Both the position numbers and the translations under genes were made by a program. From Vicugna vicugna (taxonomy: Eukaryota), in NCBI GenBank assembly GCA_013265495.1, contig MU057781.1, positions 436,001-500,000 of the forward strand: DNA of 64,000 nt, in the 5' to 3' direction. Positions within the stretch are counted from its first letter, which is position 1. Every line of letters starts with the position of its first letter. The notes beneath the pieces are model-generated. The model was not told the DNA's origin and made no database searches. It saw only the letters and a list, made by a program, of their open reading frames with translations. Of the stretch, positions 24,440 to 37,576 are shown in pieces.

Positions 24440-25662
24440 CGCTGTGCCAGGAACGCCAGTGTCCCTGCGGTGTCCCCGAGGTTCCTGGCTGGGGGGACCC
24501 AGGGCCCTCTCTTTCCGATGCCTCCCTCCCTGGCTGGCGTAGGACACCGCTCTCACTGCCCCCATCCCCGTGTGTCTCCTGGGCTCACCCCATCCCCAGT
24601 GAGGGACTCACCCCTTTCCCTGCATCCGGTCTGCGGAGGGTCTGGGGGGCCCTGCAGGAGCTGCCCCCAGATGCTGGCTCCCCTGGTGGGACTCTCAGTG
24701 AAGCTGAATTCCTTTTTCCTCCCAACCCTCGTGGCGCCCTCTCGCCCCTCCCTCCACGCTCCCTCACGGGCCCGGGGCTGACTGCAGACGCTCAGTTCCC
24801 CTCACTCATCGCGCGGACTAACTTAGCTGCGCTGACTCGGCACCTCCCCACTTTGCAAACGCAACGGTTCACCAGGCTCCAGGCTCAACCAGAGCCCTCC
24901 CGCTGCGGGTCTCACCTGCAGGCAGCTCGACGACCATCGGAGACTTGGAACCTCTCGTCGTCCTCTCCCTGGAGAGCTGCCCCACCTGCCTCCACGTGTC
25001 CTGTGATGGTGCAGAGAAATAATCGTCTACGGTCATTGCTGGAATCTATGCCATTGGCCCTTCTCACCAAACTGCCCCCAACGCCCTCAATGCCCCACGT
25101 TCCCCGACCCCCACAGAGATGTGGCTCTCCCTGCCCCCTCTGCCCCAGCCACCTCCAAACTCCACCCAGAACCCACTCACTTCCTCCAGCTCCACGGGCC
25201 CGCTGCAGCCCAGACCATCGGCACCACCCACAGCCTCTCCCCAGCCACAGTCTGCTCTCAGCCCGGCAGCCAGAGCATTTTCCAAAACGCAGTTCCTATT
25301 GGGTCTCCAAAAAGCTTCTCCTGCAACCCCCGCCTGAACCCCAGCTGCATGGTTTCTCTAGGTTCTTGGAGAGCACAACCTCTCCGCTGCCTCAGGGCCT
25401 TTGCACAAGCGGTCCTGCTGCCTGGCAGACCTTCCTCCGTCGTCATGTCTCCTGACCTGCCAGCGGTCTCTCGTCCTTCAAGTCCCAGCTTAAGCATCTC
25501 CTTCTCTGAAAGGTCTTCCCTCCTCACGACCAGAATCGCCTGACGTTTTGTCTGCTTGTAGACTGTCAGCCCTGTGAGGGCAGGAGCCAGGTGGCAGCAG
25601 GCTCCACGCTCATCACCCAGTAGCTCCCTGAAAACAGACATTAGGTGAGCGCATGGATGGAC
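24440..25662 (+). mobile_element. L2 fragments
   Basis: ctgcctcagggcctttgcacaagcggtcctgctgcctgg; ccttcaagtcccagcttaagcatctccttctctgaaaggtcttccc; tagactgtcagccctgtgagggcagg. Confidence 0.7.
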
Positions 25663-26987
25663 ACCACCACCCCTGTGAGTCAGAGCAGTTACATCGGATT
25701 TGTCTGTTTGCTTTTAGCTGAGAAAGTAATTTTCCCTTCCTCTGACTGACTGGTGTCTGTTGCCAGATAACTTATCTGGGTGAGGCTCATTGCAGCAGGA
25801 GAGATGTCCTGGGCTCACGGGGCCTTTGCACGGCCGCCCTGTCCCCGGGACACCTTCCCAGGTGGCATCGGGGCCCGCGGCTCGGGGATGCAGCGGGGGC
25901 AGCAGCATCTCCGTCAACCGCGCTGCATGCTCGGCAGGACCAGGAAGTGGCAGGTTAGGATCGTGACTGCGGGGCCTTCACTAAACCCTGCGACCTCCTC
26001 CCAGAGGGAGCGGCCCGGTTCCTTGCTGTTCGTGAAATGCACGTTAACGCTGAGCCCAGCACCCGGGGCGAACAGCGCGTCAGTAACTCAGCGAGGCCGA
26101 GATGCCTGCAGCTTGGATGTGGCTTAAGCCGCACCATCACAGTGAGAAGCAGCGTGACGGCGCTTTGGAATCAAGTCAGGGCTCGGCACGGCCTCGCCGG
26201 GAAAACCGAGGCTCTGAGACCCCTGCAGCTTCCATCAAGCCCCTTCAAAGCACCCACCCCCAGTACCGGCGCAGGGCCCGCGTCCGCGTGCGGGCTGTGG
26301 GCTCCGGGGGCCGCGGGGAGACGGCGCTCGGGGTACACAGAGGCCACCCAGCTGCCGGCAGACGAGCACATCACGTGCACGTGTGTCCACCAGCAAAAGC
26401 CAAAGCGCCGAAGCCGGCCAGTGACTGTTACGGGAAATCAGTTTTAACATGAGCCCAAGCAATCCGTCTAGTAGTGGCTGTTTTGAAGAACTTGCAGGAA
26501 GAGCTTCCTTATTATTAAGTGGGGTCAAGAAATAATAACAGGCCTCTGCTTTCAGAGGTTCTAATCCAGGCTGAGAAAATAGACGTATTTCTCCTTTCCT
26601 CCAAGGCCTGGTTGCTACTGGCCCTTCCTGGCTCATGCGGACATCAGGCAAACTTCGGGCTTTCGCAGAAGCTGCACGCAGCAGTTGCTCGCAAACATAA
26701 AACCTGGAGCCCCGCGCAGAGTCTGCTTCGGGGAGACAGCTGCCTACTGTGCGGAGGGGCCCGCCCGGGGAGGGGGGACAGGCTGTGCTCAGGAGGGGGA
26801 CCACGGGTCCGCGCTGGTGCGCTGGCTCTGGGCCTGCTTCCACACTCTGCTCCAGCGGCGGCTAAGTCTGCGGTCAACACCCACCAGGCACGGGAGCGTA
26901 GGCCTCAGTTTCCCTCGCCTTCTTCCCCTCTGCTCTGCCAGGAGCCAGGGTCACACCAGTCCTGCAGGGGCCTCCCCTCTGGCTACG

Positions 26988-28280
26988 TAGCAGGTCTCAA
27001 ACGCACACCCTCAAAAACGATGGGGGACCCCAGAGAGCTCCTGTGTGTGTAGCTTAGCTCCAGCCACGAACACCATCGTACAAACTGGAGCTGAAAGGAT
27101 TTCAAACATTTATCGATGGGCTCATCTAAACATAACAATTATAAACCCCCTGTATGTTAACATGAATAACATATTTTTATGGAAAAAAATACTAGATTTT
27201 CCAGATCAAAATATGTAGTGAGAAGGGCAACATATGTCGGTTTATCTCTTGACTGTCTGGCTGATGGAAGACAGCCTCTCACGCCTGCTTCCCAGCCTGG
27301 CTTTCATGCTGTGCTATTTTGTTTGTAGGTTTTGAAGAAAATGCAACCTCGCACAAGGAAGGGGGGGGGGGTGTGTAAAAGCCTTTCCCAGCGTTTGCAG
27401 TATTCTCCTCTGACACTGCAGCAAACCGGACAGGCAGGCTTGCTAGAGCTCAGCCGCGGCGTCCGAGCCCGAGTCAGCAGCTCGCGCTCCGTGCACCGGC
27501 TCCGCTGGTGCGCCCTGCAGCCCGCCCGGGTCCTCCACGCTCTTGCTCTTGACACCTCACGTCACACACTGCCATTCAGAAGTGCTGGTTCGGTGAGTTG
27601 TGCAGACCTTCCGAGTGTGGACACATCCCATTGTGCAACACCCGAAGCCACGTTGGCTCAGATCACCTCTGATCCCGCTGGAAGAGTTGTTAAGTACTGG
27701 GAAGCCGTCAGACTCACTGTGTCAGCCACCAGGTTCCCAACATTCTACTTTCTGCCTAAAAACCCGAATTTTATCATTAGCAACAAATACTGTCCATTGT
27801 TTTTTTCAAAGTGGCAAGTTTACTGTGCTCGTTTGGGGAAAACACTTGCCAAATATCGTCGGTCCTTCCTTCAAGTGTAAGTGATGTTTCATTAAAAAAT
27901 AAAAAAAAAAGGCCGCTAGTTTAGCGCGCTCCTCGGACCTCAGCATGGCAGCAGACGCCCTGCTCGGGCCAGCAACAAGGTGTGTCCTCGAAGGCTGAGA
28001 CTGCAAAAGGTGGCCTTCCTTCTGCTCCGTCGAGGGCGTTCTGAGAAGTCAGCTCTGTGTCGCTGTGCATGTGACACCGAAGAACACGACCTCCGCCGGT
28101 GCCCAGGGCCCCGCCCTGACCCCGCCAGGGCTCCGCGTGTCCCCATCCGGGCAGCACCAGGACCGTGAGGATGGGAAACTGCATCTCAGTGTGATTGTGA
28201 ATGTAGTTTTACCTCCCAGGTCCCCAGAGGGGTCTTGGGGCCTCCAGCATCTGTGTCCACACGCACCCTGAAAAGAGCTG
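26988..28280. mobile_element. Charlie1a-like hAT DNA transposon, both ends present
   Basis: Left end: agcaggtctcaaa...gggaccccagagagctcctgtg...ataacaattataaacccc..tgttaacatgaataacatattttta. Right end: catctcagtgtgattgtgaatgtagtttt...ggggtcttggggcctccag...caccctgaaaagagctg. Confidence 0.8.
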
Positions 28281-31219
28281 GTCTGGGGACACCCCCCTCC
28301 AGGCTGCCCCAGAGCTGGCCAGTGAGGAGGGCTTCTCGCTGCCACGGGCAGGAGGCCTAAGAGAGGCTGTCTGTTCCAGTGATGCAAACCATCAGCTTTA
28401 TAACTGCAAGTGAGGGTGCCCGGCACTGCCAAGCGCCACGTATCCCACCAGGGACAGTGGCACCTGCAGAGAGCAGAGGCTGTGGCCCTCGATGGCGGCC
28501 AGCACAGCTCTGTCTGGAGGCACTGGCATCAGCTGCTCCGCTCCCAGCATCCAGCTCCCCTCCGGCCCAAAGCTCTGGGTCTTTTTTAGATGGCACTTGA
28601 CGCCACACAGTCCAACCTGATGGATTTTCTGTCTTCGTATTTCTTTGCCACAGACTTTTTACCTTGCTCCAAAACTTTACCCTCTGGTCACCTCATAATG
28701 CTCCTCCTGTCCTCCCGCTGACACCCAGGAGCCGCTGGGCCGCCTGCAGAGGTTTCCTGATGGTCCACAATGACCGCCTGCACTCACGCTGCATCTGAGA
28801 GCACCTGAGACCTTCCACGGCCCCCAGCCCCCATGCAGGTAAGGAAGCAGAGGTGCAGACTAGAAAGCGCCAGCCCGCCCTCGCCGGGCTCGGGGGGCGA
28901 GGACCGGGGACCACAACCCACACGTGCAGAAAGAACAGCGCTTCCTTTCAGCCACAAGCAGCCTGGAGGGAGGAAAAGCTCTTCAACACGGACAAAACAC
29001 TGCCCGACGTTACTCACACCGACCTTGGCTGCTCGACAGCGACAGAGTGTCAGTGACGAGAGAGGCAGAAGGACCTGGGGGAGAGACTCCTTCTGTTTAA
29101 AGACGCCCCGCGACCAGCGAGGGGTTTCAGATCCCTGGGTCCGCCCCCTACTCACCCCCAGGACTGGCTTCAGCCTTTGCCCGGCCCAGAGCGGCACTCA
29201 GAGCCGGTCTCCGGTCCCTGGTCCCCTTTCTCTCACCCAGCCGCTCCCCAAACCTCGTGCATCTGAAGAAGGCCCTGTAAAAGCGCAGCCTGGAGCTGAA
29301 GTCGGATGAAAAACGGGAGAGGTGGGGGAGGTGCGATCGCTAATCGGCTCTCACACTGTTATCTTGATAAAGGAGCCTCACTCCACAGCAGGGACCCCTA
29401 GGGGTGCTCAGCCTCGGGCAGCAACCGCTCTTCACTCTTCTGGGCTGGAAGGGCATTTGAATGATCGTTAAGACCCATTTTCCAACAGGATTCGCAAGCA
29501 CCGGTTAGATCGCTGCCAGCCAGCCCTCCCTACCTTCCCCGGGAATCCGCACCGGTGTCCCCTCCTCCAGGGTCCGCTGTGGTGAGCAGTGCGCCCCTTC
29601 AGAAAGCAGAGCCGCTCAGCCCCAGTTAAGTGAGTTTATTGACAGTGGCCAGAAACGCCCACAGGTGTGTGAGGCCAGCGGGCCTCACTGCCCGAGGTGC
29701 CCCAGGGGCAGGCAGGACCCGGCACATCCCCAGGGCGGGAGCAGGCATCTGCCTGCAACACTACCCATGGCGACATGGTTCTGACACAACACGCGGTCCA
29801 AGCCGCGGGACCTAATGATCAGGACGTCCCTACGGCTCCCTGGTGGGGTCCCTTCAGCCCCTCGATGGGAGCAGTGCTTCAGTCAGGACAGACTGATGAT
29901 GGACAGATCTGGGGTGATGGGAGTGCAGGCTCCTCATCAGCATCGCAGAACTGCATGACACTAACCACCCCCAGACCAGCCCGCAGGGCACACAGCTGCT
30001 GTGGGAACCTCACAGCTGGCCCCGAGCTGCATCCTCCAAGTCAGAGGGAAGAGAGGAAAGGGGCAGAGCCAGCCTGGGGCTGGGCCACTGAGCCACATCC
30101 CACCTCAGCAGCCACGAGAGGCCCACAGTCCTGGTATCAGCTGGCCCGGGACCAAACTGTGGGCCCCACCCTGTGTCAGCCGGCAGCTGGGGGAGCCCCC
30201 ATCCACAGCTCGGCCTGCAGGGCTCCCAGGCAGCCCACCTGGTGACTCAGGTCCCCCAGTGAGGGGCTCGCCCTCTGCAGGCAGACAGCACCGCTAAGAG
30301 AGAATTTACAATGACGCTGGGTGACTGGACCTCCTGGGGCTGATTCCACCCCGGTTAGAAGTCAGGAAGCCGCCTCTGTCCTTAACAAGGCCAGGGACCA
30401 GCATCTCGAGCCCACCCGTCATGCATAAGAGCCCATTAGCACGACACTCCAAGTCATTCGGCAGCATTAGAAAAAGGATGTGAACAGGAATGGTGGCCGG
30501 GGGCTGAACAAGCCAGAAGCCACGGCGCAGCAAGAAGTCAGGCCACAGGCATGGGCTGAGCGTCAAACCTGTCTCAGCCCGCCACAGCACCCCCAGGGCA
30601 GGGATCAGCCTGGGCAGGCCCTGCTGACCCCAGGTGGGGCTGGGTGGGGCTGCTCCAGGAAGGAGCCCCCTGCTTCTGGCCACAAGTTCAGGGAAAGCTG
30701 GAGGCAAAGAACCCAGGCGATGACACTAGGCAGAGGTACACGCACTTTGCCCACAGCGTTTGGTTGGAAGCAATTTTTTAAAAGAAATTTGGTCAAGTAA
30801 GGTTGGTAAATAAGCGAATTTTAAGAAGTGATGAAAAATGAGAAGCTTCCAACTGGTTAGGATGAAGCTAGCACACCACACCCATCTCTCCCACTGATTG
30901 CAAGTGATAACACCAGGCAGAAAACAGAAGGCAACTCTCTGAGAACCCTAAAAAGTGAACAACAGCAGAAAGCTGGAGCAGGAGATCAGAAGTCAAAGGG
31001 TGATGGCCCAGCAGCCAATTTCCTGGTTCACTTCCTCTCACCCTCCCCGGGGAGACTCGGGGCAGCTGGGGTCCCAGAAGCCCAGCAGGTGCTGCCAAGA
31101 GAACCCCGCTGTCTGTGGCCAGAGAACCAGGCCAGTCTTTCTCTACTGGCCATCCCCCAGAGGCAAGCCCCTGCCATAAGGTGGCCCTCCTCCCACAGTG
31201 CAGCCTTGGACACCATATC

Positions 31220-32602
31220 CTAGCCAAAGCAAAAAGAAAAGAAAAACAAATAAAAAGGCATAGAATAGAAAGGAAGCAAAGAGCTGTCCCTATGCACAGG
31301 TAACATGATTGTCTATGTAGAATATGTGAAGGAATCTATGAAAGTTCTGGAACCAATGCATGAGTTATGAAGCTCCTCACAGAATATAAGGTCAACCTAC
31401 AAAAATCAACTCTTTTTCTATATACTAGCAATGAATAATTAGAACATCAAAATTTTTAAGTAGTGTCATTTACCATGGCTCTAAAAAATGGAATATGTAA
31501 GTATAAATCTAACAAAATAGGTTAAAGATCTACAGGCTAAAAACTATCAAATGCTGATGTAAGAAGTCAAAGACGTCATAAAGAAATGGGAAGACATACC
31601 ATGTTCATGGATTGGAACACTCAATTTACTTAAGATGTTATTTCTCCCCAAAATCATTTATAACTTTAACACAATCCCAAACAAATTCACAGCAGGAATT
31701 TTTATAGACACACAGATGCTTATTTTAATGTTTATGTAGAGAGACAAAGGAAGCATGATGGACAATATATTTTTGAAAAGAACAAAGCTGACAGACAGGT
31801 TGCTAGATTTTTACATACTCTAAACTGCAGTGATTAAGACAGTGTAATACTGGTGACGTGACAGACACACAGATCAATGAAACAGAACAGGGAGACCAGA
31901 AATAGACTCACACAGATATAGTCGATTGCGCTTTGCCAAAGGTGCAAAGACACCTCAGTAGAGAAACTGATATCTTTTCAAGAAATGTTTCTGGAACAAT
32001 TGGGCATCATATACAAAAAAAAAAAGGACCTCAAGCCTATACCTTACACATTCTACAAAAATTAATTCATAATAGACCATCAGCTTGAATGTAATATGAA
32101 AAACTATAAGACTCTAAAAAGAAAACATAGGAGAAAATCTAACCCTTCGGGCCAGGTGAAAAAGTCTTAAAAGGGACAGTAAAAGCATGATCCACAGGAA
32201 AACCTTGATACATTAGACTCCATCAAAATTAAGAATATCCACTCTTTGAAAGACACCATGAGGGGAACAAAAAGGCAAGTCACAGACTGATAGGAAATGT
32301 TTAAAATCCTGTACCTATTCACCTATAATGAAAAAGACTATGAAAAGGAATGTATGTGTGTGCGTGTATGGCTGAAACATGATGCTGTGCACCAGAAATG
32401 GACACAACGTTGTCAGCTGACTAGACTTCGATAAAAAAGAGAGACAGCAAAATCGATCAATCGATCACATATCTGATAAAGGGCTTGCAGCCAGAATATA
32501 TAAATGACTGTCTAAACCATATGAAATCTAACAACCCAGCTTTTGCTAATGACAAAATTTGAACATACACTTTGCCTAAAAAGAAGTATGGGTGGAAACA
32601 AG
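31220..32602 (+). mobile_element. Old L1M ORF2 fragment (AT-rich, many stops), interrupted by a younger L1 tail
   Basis: aaatgggaagacataccatgttcatggattggaa (KWEDIPCSWIG); attaagacagtgtaatactgg; gaaaacataggagaaaatct; ccagaatatataaa. Confidence 0.92.
32309..32450 (+). mobile_element. Young lineage-specific L1 3' tail nested in the old L1
   Basis: tataatgaaaaagactatgaaaaggaa...gctgtgcaccagaaatggacacaacgttgtcagctgactagacttcgataaaaaa. It is flanked by aaaatc on both sides, and the host L1 resumes at acatatctgataaagg. Confidence 0.75.
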
Positions 32603-35600
32603 CACACGGAATATGATGGTTTTTCTTGCTCTTTTGTTGGAAACTGCTCTCCCGCGGCCTTGTGGGCAGCCACCTGGTCCGCAGGTGCCTGTCCCGGTGC
32701 AATGTCCCCGTCACCTGAGTCCCCCAGGTGTGTCCCTGAACAGTGGCCCTGGGCAGAGAGCTCCTGGCAGCAGTCGTAAAGTGGAAGATTTACAGCAAGT
32801 CAAGCATGTGGTGCGCGAGCCGAGCCGACAAATGACTGGAATGGCCTTTTCCTCCTTGGCCTTTTCTCTGATGAGCTGGATTTATGAGCTTGGGTAACAT
32901 GCATCAGCGAGAAGGCCAAGTTTGTAAAACACAGCTCTTTTGTCCAAGGACAGCAGCTGCCTGAACTCCTAACTCTCCAGACGTCACACTTGTGCATCCT
33001 GCCCAGAGCCCATGGTAGTCAGAGGCCCCCCGGTGACAGCCAACATAGATCCCCACATTCTGTCCTGGTGCAGCTCTCACAGCTGCGTGGGTCTCCATCC
33101 TGCTGTGGCCTGATGGCACAGGACGGCTTGCAGCAGACCTGGGGACCTAAATCATATTTAGCTTTGGCTGCCGGATCCCTGTGAAGCCAGTGGGCACTGG
33201 GATGCCCACAGGTGTGCGGGGCTGTCGCAGGCAGGGGAGGGGACTCGACCTCCACAGTGGGGGCAGTCGAGCCATTAACCAGACCCAGACACCATCTCGG
33301 GCTTGCGGGCGTCAGCACTTCTCAGCCTGGCCAACCCCAAGGGCAGAACCATCCTTTGTGACACCACAGGTCCCAGCCAGCCAGCGGACAGGATGGGCTG
33401 CTCGGGGGTGGGGTGGGGGCAGGTGGGGAGGCGGAGCCCCCGGCGGGGCCAACACACACTCAGCCCCAGCTCCTCCTCGGGACTCTGGTGTTTAATCGTG
33501 GTCGCAGCAGTTTTCCTGGGCACCACCTCCCTGGCTGTTCGCGGAGCTGACGTGCAGCCGGTACTCAGCCCCTGCATTTGCTCTGACGTCTGGGCAGCCT
33601 GGCTGGGTCAGCACCCAGTCACTTCGACTCACCTCCAGCTCTGCCATGTGGCTCCCCAGTCTCTCCTCCTGTTCTCCAGGCCAAGCTCCCTCCATCAGGG
33701 GACCCAGGTGAAAAGAACCCTGCGGGCTGTTGGGGACCAGCCGGCACGTATTGGCCTTGTTTCCTGTGGTCCATGCTGTGGACGTTCTCATCCTCATACA
33801 GGACTCTTGGCCTGCACACCCCGATACCTGGTGTCTGACACCGGGGTCCACAGCTTCTATAAACCCCTCAACACTGTATCACCTGCATAAAACCTCTAGG
33901 CTCCAGAGGAGAAAATGTTGACGTTGGCAAGAGAGAACTTGAGAACAGGCCCCCCAATGGGTGGCACCATCTGCAGGGATGGAGCCCCGTTTCCCAGGAG
34001 CCCCTCCCTGCGCGCTTCCAGAGTGGAGGTAGCACAGGAAAAGTGTGTGAAGTCATGAAAGGCAGAAGTGAAGCAGGTGGCCTGCAAGGCTGGGTCACGA
34101 GAGACGCTGCTTCTGCTGGCTCACGGAGCACTCGTGCCTGGCCTTGCACTGCACCAGGCTGCCCTGCTGCACGGAAGCCAGGCCACCTGGACAGGCCATT
34201 TGTAGACACCCCATTCGCTGTCCCAGGTTTCTGGTCATTGAGACACATGAGTGACCAAGCCTCCAGAAGGCCCCAGCGCCCAGCTCTGCAATCACCCCCA
34301 GCCTCCCAGTCTTCTCAGCTGAAGTCCAGACATTGAAGGTAGAGTCAAACCAGCACGCGCTCCCCACCCCCCCGTCGCTGTCCAAAGTCCTGAACTTCTG
34401 AATCCATAAGCACAATAAAATGACTGCTAACTTCCAGGGTAACTTGTTCCACAGCAGCAGCACCAAAGCACTGCCTGTCTCAGCCACAGTTGATTCTTCA
34501 TTTGTCTCCAGGAAATTCAAAGCTTTAAGCAAGAGGGAGGCGTCCTAGAGACATAATCCCGAAAAACACCTTTTGTTTTCTTGTGCTAATGAGAAAATGC
34601 TTTCCTGGTCCAAGCCAGCCATTCCATGGCCCTCTTTTTCCCTGTTCCAAAAGAGGAGCATTGACAGCACTTACCAGGCTCTGGAACTTACCCTCTGCCC
34701 AGCCTGGCTAAGGCCAGCAGGTGCGTGGCCTGGACCACCTTCTCAGGTGAAGGCCATTAGGACTCTGACCAGTCACAGGCTGCTGGGTGACAGCAAAGCC
34801 CCGTTGGTGGTTTCTCTCGGGTTTCTGCTACTTTGCACCCTCTTGCCCTGTGGGCACCTGGGCTGGCTCCGCGCTGACACACCCAGCCTGTCCCAGAGGT
34901 GACACCTGACCCAGCTCCGGGGCGGGGTGTGGTGTGCAGCACTTAGCAGAGCAGCCTCAGCTGGCATTCAATTCTGAGACCATGTGCTGCGATAAACACA
35001 CCCAGATATGATTCTCCAAGGGTGTTTGGCAGAATCTGGAGGCCACGCATCACTTTTCTAGCAAAAACATGGCCTTTATGTCTTCATTCTGGAAGGAGGA
35101 GACTGGCTTCCTTAGTAATGGGAGTCCTGACATCAGCGGTGCGTCGCGCTGGCGTGAATGTTCGCCTTGGCTGTACCGTTCCCTTGTGAGGGGTTTAACT
35201 GACAACTTGAGACTGAGCACAGCGAAGCCGTGAAGCATCTGGGAAACACGAGAAACGCATGTTTTTATAGCCTTAAGGCTACCAGCAATTTGACAAACAT
35301 AAGATGTGGATAATTTAAATGTTTAAGCATCTAATTACTAGTAAATGGGGATGTTTTGTTTTATGTCGTGTAGCTTATTATTTCATAAGTTTTCATTTAA
35401 GCATCCGGGGACAGGAGCCAACTTTCTGTCTCCATGTCTCTCTCTTCCTCCCCGTTCTCCTGAGAGCAGCGCCTGGCGCGCCCCGGGGAAGCCTGGACGG
35501 GGTCCAGCACGGGATTCCGCTCCATGCTGCCTCCCGCGTCTGGAGGAAGGCTGGCACACTCAGCGCAGCTCCCTCTCTCCAAGCTCACAGAGCCGCACAC

Positions 35601-37438
35601 CACGACCCGATGGGACTCCTTCACTGCTGCCGACAGCCCAGAGATGCAGCTCGGAGACTCAGAGGGAGAGATGGGGCCAGTCTGTCCTCAGAGGCCCCGA
35701 CCTCACCCCAAGTCGATCCAGACATAAAGTCTAACGGCCACGTGAGGTTTTGCGTGTCCTTATACAGGTATCCACAGGCGCAGGCTTTAACAACGCCGCC
35801 TGTGTGCGCAGGCACCATACGAACTCTCCTTCAAAGCCCAGTGTCTTCCTTCCCGCCCTGCCCCATCTCGCTCCCTCCCTGCTGACCGCATCATGCACGC
35901 CCCGCCCCGGCAGCTCCCTGCCTGCCCCCAGGTCACTGTGTGGAAGGCGTCATGCAGGCGTGTCTGTGCTTCCTCTTCAATCACAGACATAAACGCGCAG
36001 CTGACAGCTACTTAGGCAAACGCTCACTTGGAAGGGGGTTGCCTTGTTTGCTCTGCAAAAATAAGAACACGACGTGCACCTTTCTCTGAGGCTTGCTTTT
36101 CTCTCCCAAGGTCTCCAAGACGCCCAGCTCAGCCTCGCTTAGTATTTGGTACTAGTTGGCTGATCCTCTGGTCTGTGCCCCCTCTGCCCAGGCCCTCGAG
36201 GTGCTCCTGGGGCTTTGACTCTGTGAACAGGCACCAGTCGGAATCCTGGAGCAGGAGCCCTTCTGGATTCACGTGTTTCTGTTGTATGAGGTAGACACTC
36301 GGTGACATTACTGAGCCAGAGGATACGTGTATTTTCAATGTTAATAGTAGATGCGAGATGAAGAATATGAGCAAGTGTGATGGGAGGGGCCACGTGCACA
36401 CGGCCACCATGGTGGTGGGAGGGGCCATATGCAAACAGTCACTGTGGCGAGGATGGCAGCCAAGGGCTGAGGGGAAGGCAGAGCCACCCCCATGCACTCG
36501 ATTGCAGCTCCCCCCCACCTCTCCTTCTCTGGCTGTTGACCCTAAATTCTCACGTGCAAAGAGGACTGAGAGCTGAGGTTCTAAACTCAAGGAAATGTTA
36601 GTTTCCTGCACACACACACCACCCCGGGTGATTCCAGAGTCTGAATGGGTTTACGAGCCTTGGCCAAACTACCCGACAGCTCCCAGCTCTGACTCTGGGA
36701 ACCTGTCATGGCTTCGCCACACTGCACACAGGAAGTCAGCCAGGGGGCTTCTCCTGCTGTGTCCGCACTAGACCAGCATTCCCAGGCCTCGCTGGCCCAA
36801 GACCCCCTGCTGGGCTGGCTTCCAAGGCCTCTTTGCCCTGGACCTCACCCACGATGTCAGCCTGAAGTCTTCAGAGTGGCGCCCAGAGCCGACCAGCTGC
36901 ACCTCCCCCAGAGCAGACACCCCACTCCACCACCACCTGTTTACTGGGTGATGGATACCCTGGGCCATACACTGGGCACAGACAGACCCATCCTACGTCA
37001 GGATCTGGGAAGGGACAATGATGAACACCCTGTGAGGGGGCGGAGGGATGGGCTGCCCAGGCAGGGGCAGGCCTCCCCAGGGAGGGGACAGACCATTTCA
37101 GCCAGCACGTGGGTCCACCGAACAGGAGAAGCCCTAGGTGGCTGGAGCTCAGAGGGGTGAGTGAGGCCGGGGTCGTGCGTGCAGGGCGGGCCTCGGTGGG
37201 AGGTGAGTGTAAGCTGGAAGTGGCAGCCTCCCCAGCCTGCCAGGGACCCCAGGCCTTGAGCAGGTGGGAAAGCCCCGCACAACTTACCTTCTGTCACCAA
37301 GCACTGGGCAGCGGGGAGGCTGCCTGCAGCTCCTCCCAGGGCAGCGGGCACCAGGCCGTGACCACAGCGCCACCGCCCCCCAGACTCTCCCCAGTTCAGA
37401 CCTGACGTGCATCACCCCAAACACGGGCTGACTGTTCC

Positions 37439-37576
37439 TTTAGTTTCTTTTTTATTGAAGTTCAGTCAGTGTACACTGTGTGTCAGCGTCTGGTGTGCGG
37501 CACGACGCTTCAGTCATACACGAACATGCATGCACGCCTTCTCCTATTCCGTGTCATCATGCGTTACTACACGATA
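37439..37576 (-). mobile_element. Young lineage-specific L1 3' tail
   Basis: ttttttattgaagttcagtcagtgtacactgtgtgtcagcgtctggtgtgcggcacgacgcttcagtcatac is the reverse complement of the tail type seen at 32309 and 59290. Confidence 0.75.

Noticed and set aside
24187..25455. 422-aa plus-strand ORF
   Set aside because: Pro/Ser/Arg-rich, starts at GTG, has no recognisable domain and overlaps L2 fragments. Expected from stop-codon scarcity in GC-rich DNA.
30840..31215. Possible old L1 5' UTR fragment upstream of the ORF2 piece
   Set aside because: The resemblance is too weak to call without a consensus alignment.
35050..35260. Minus-strand acceptor (tttctcgtgtttcccag|ATG) followed by a 62-aa ORF
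   Set aside because: No recognisable protein and no supporting partner exon or donor; could only be assessed with RNA-seq.
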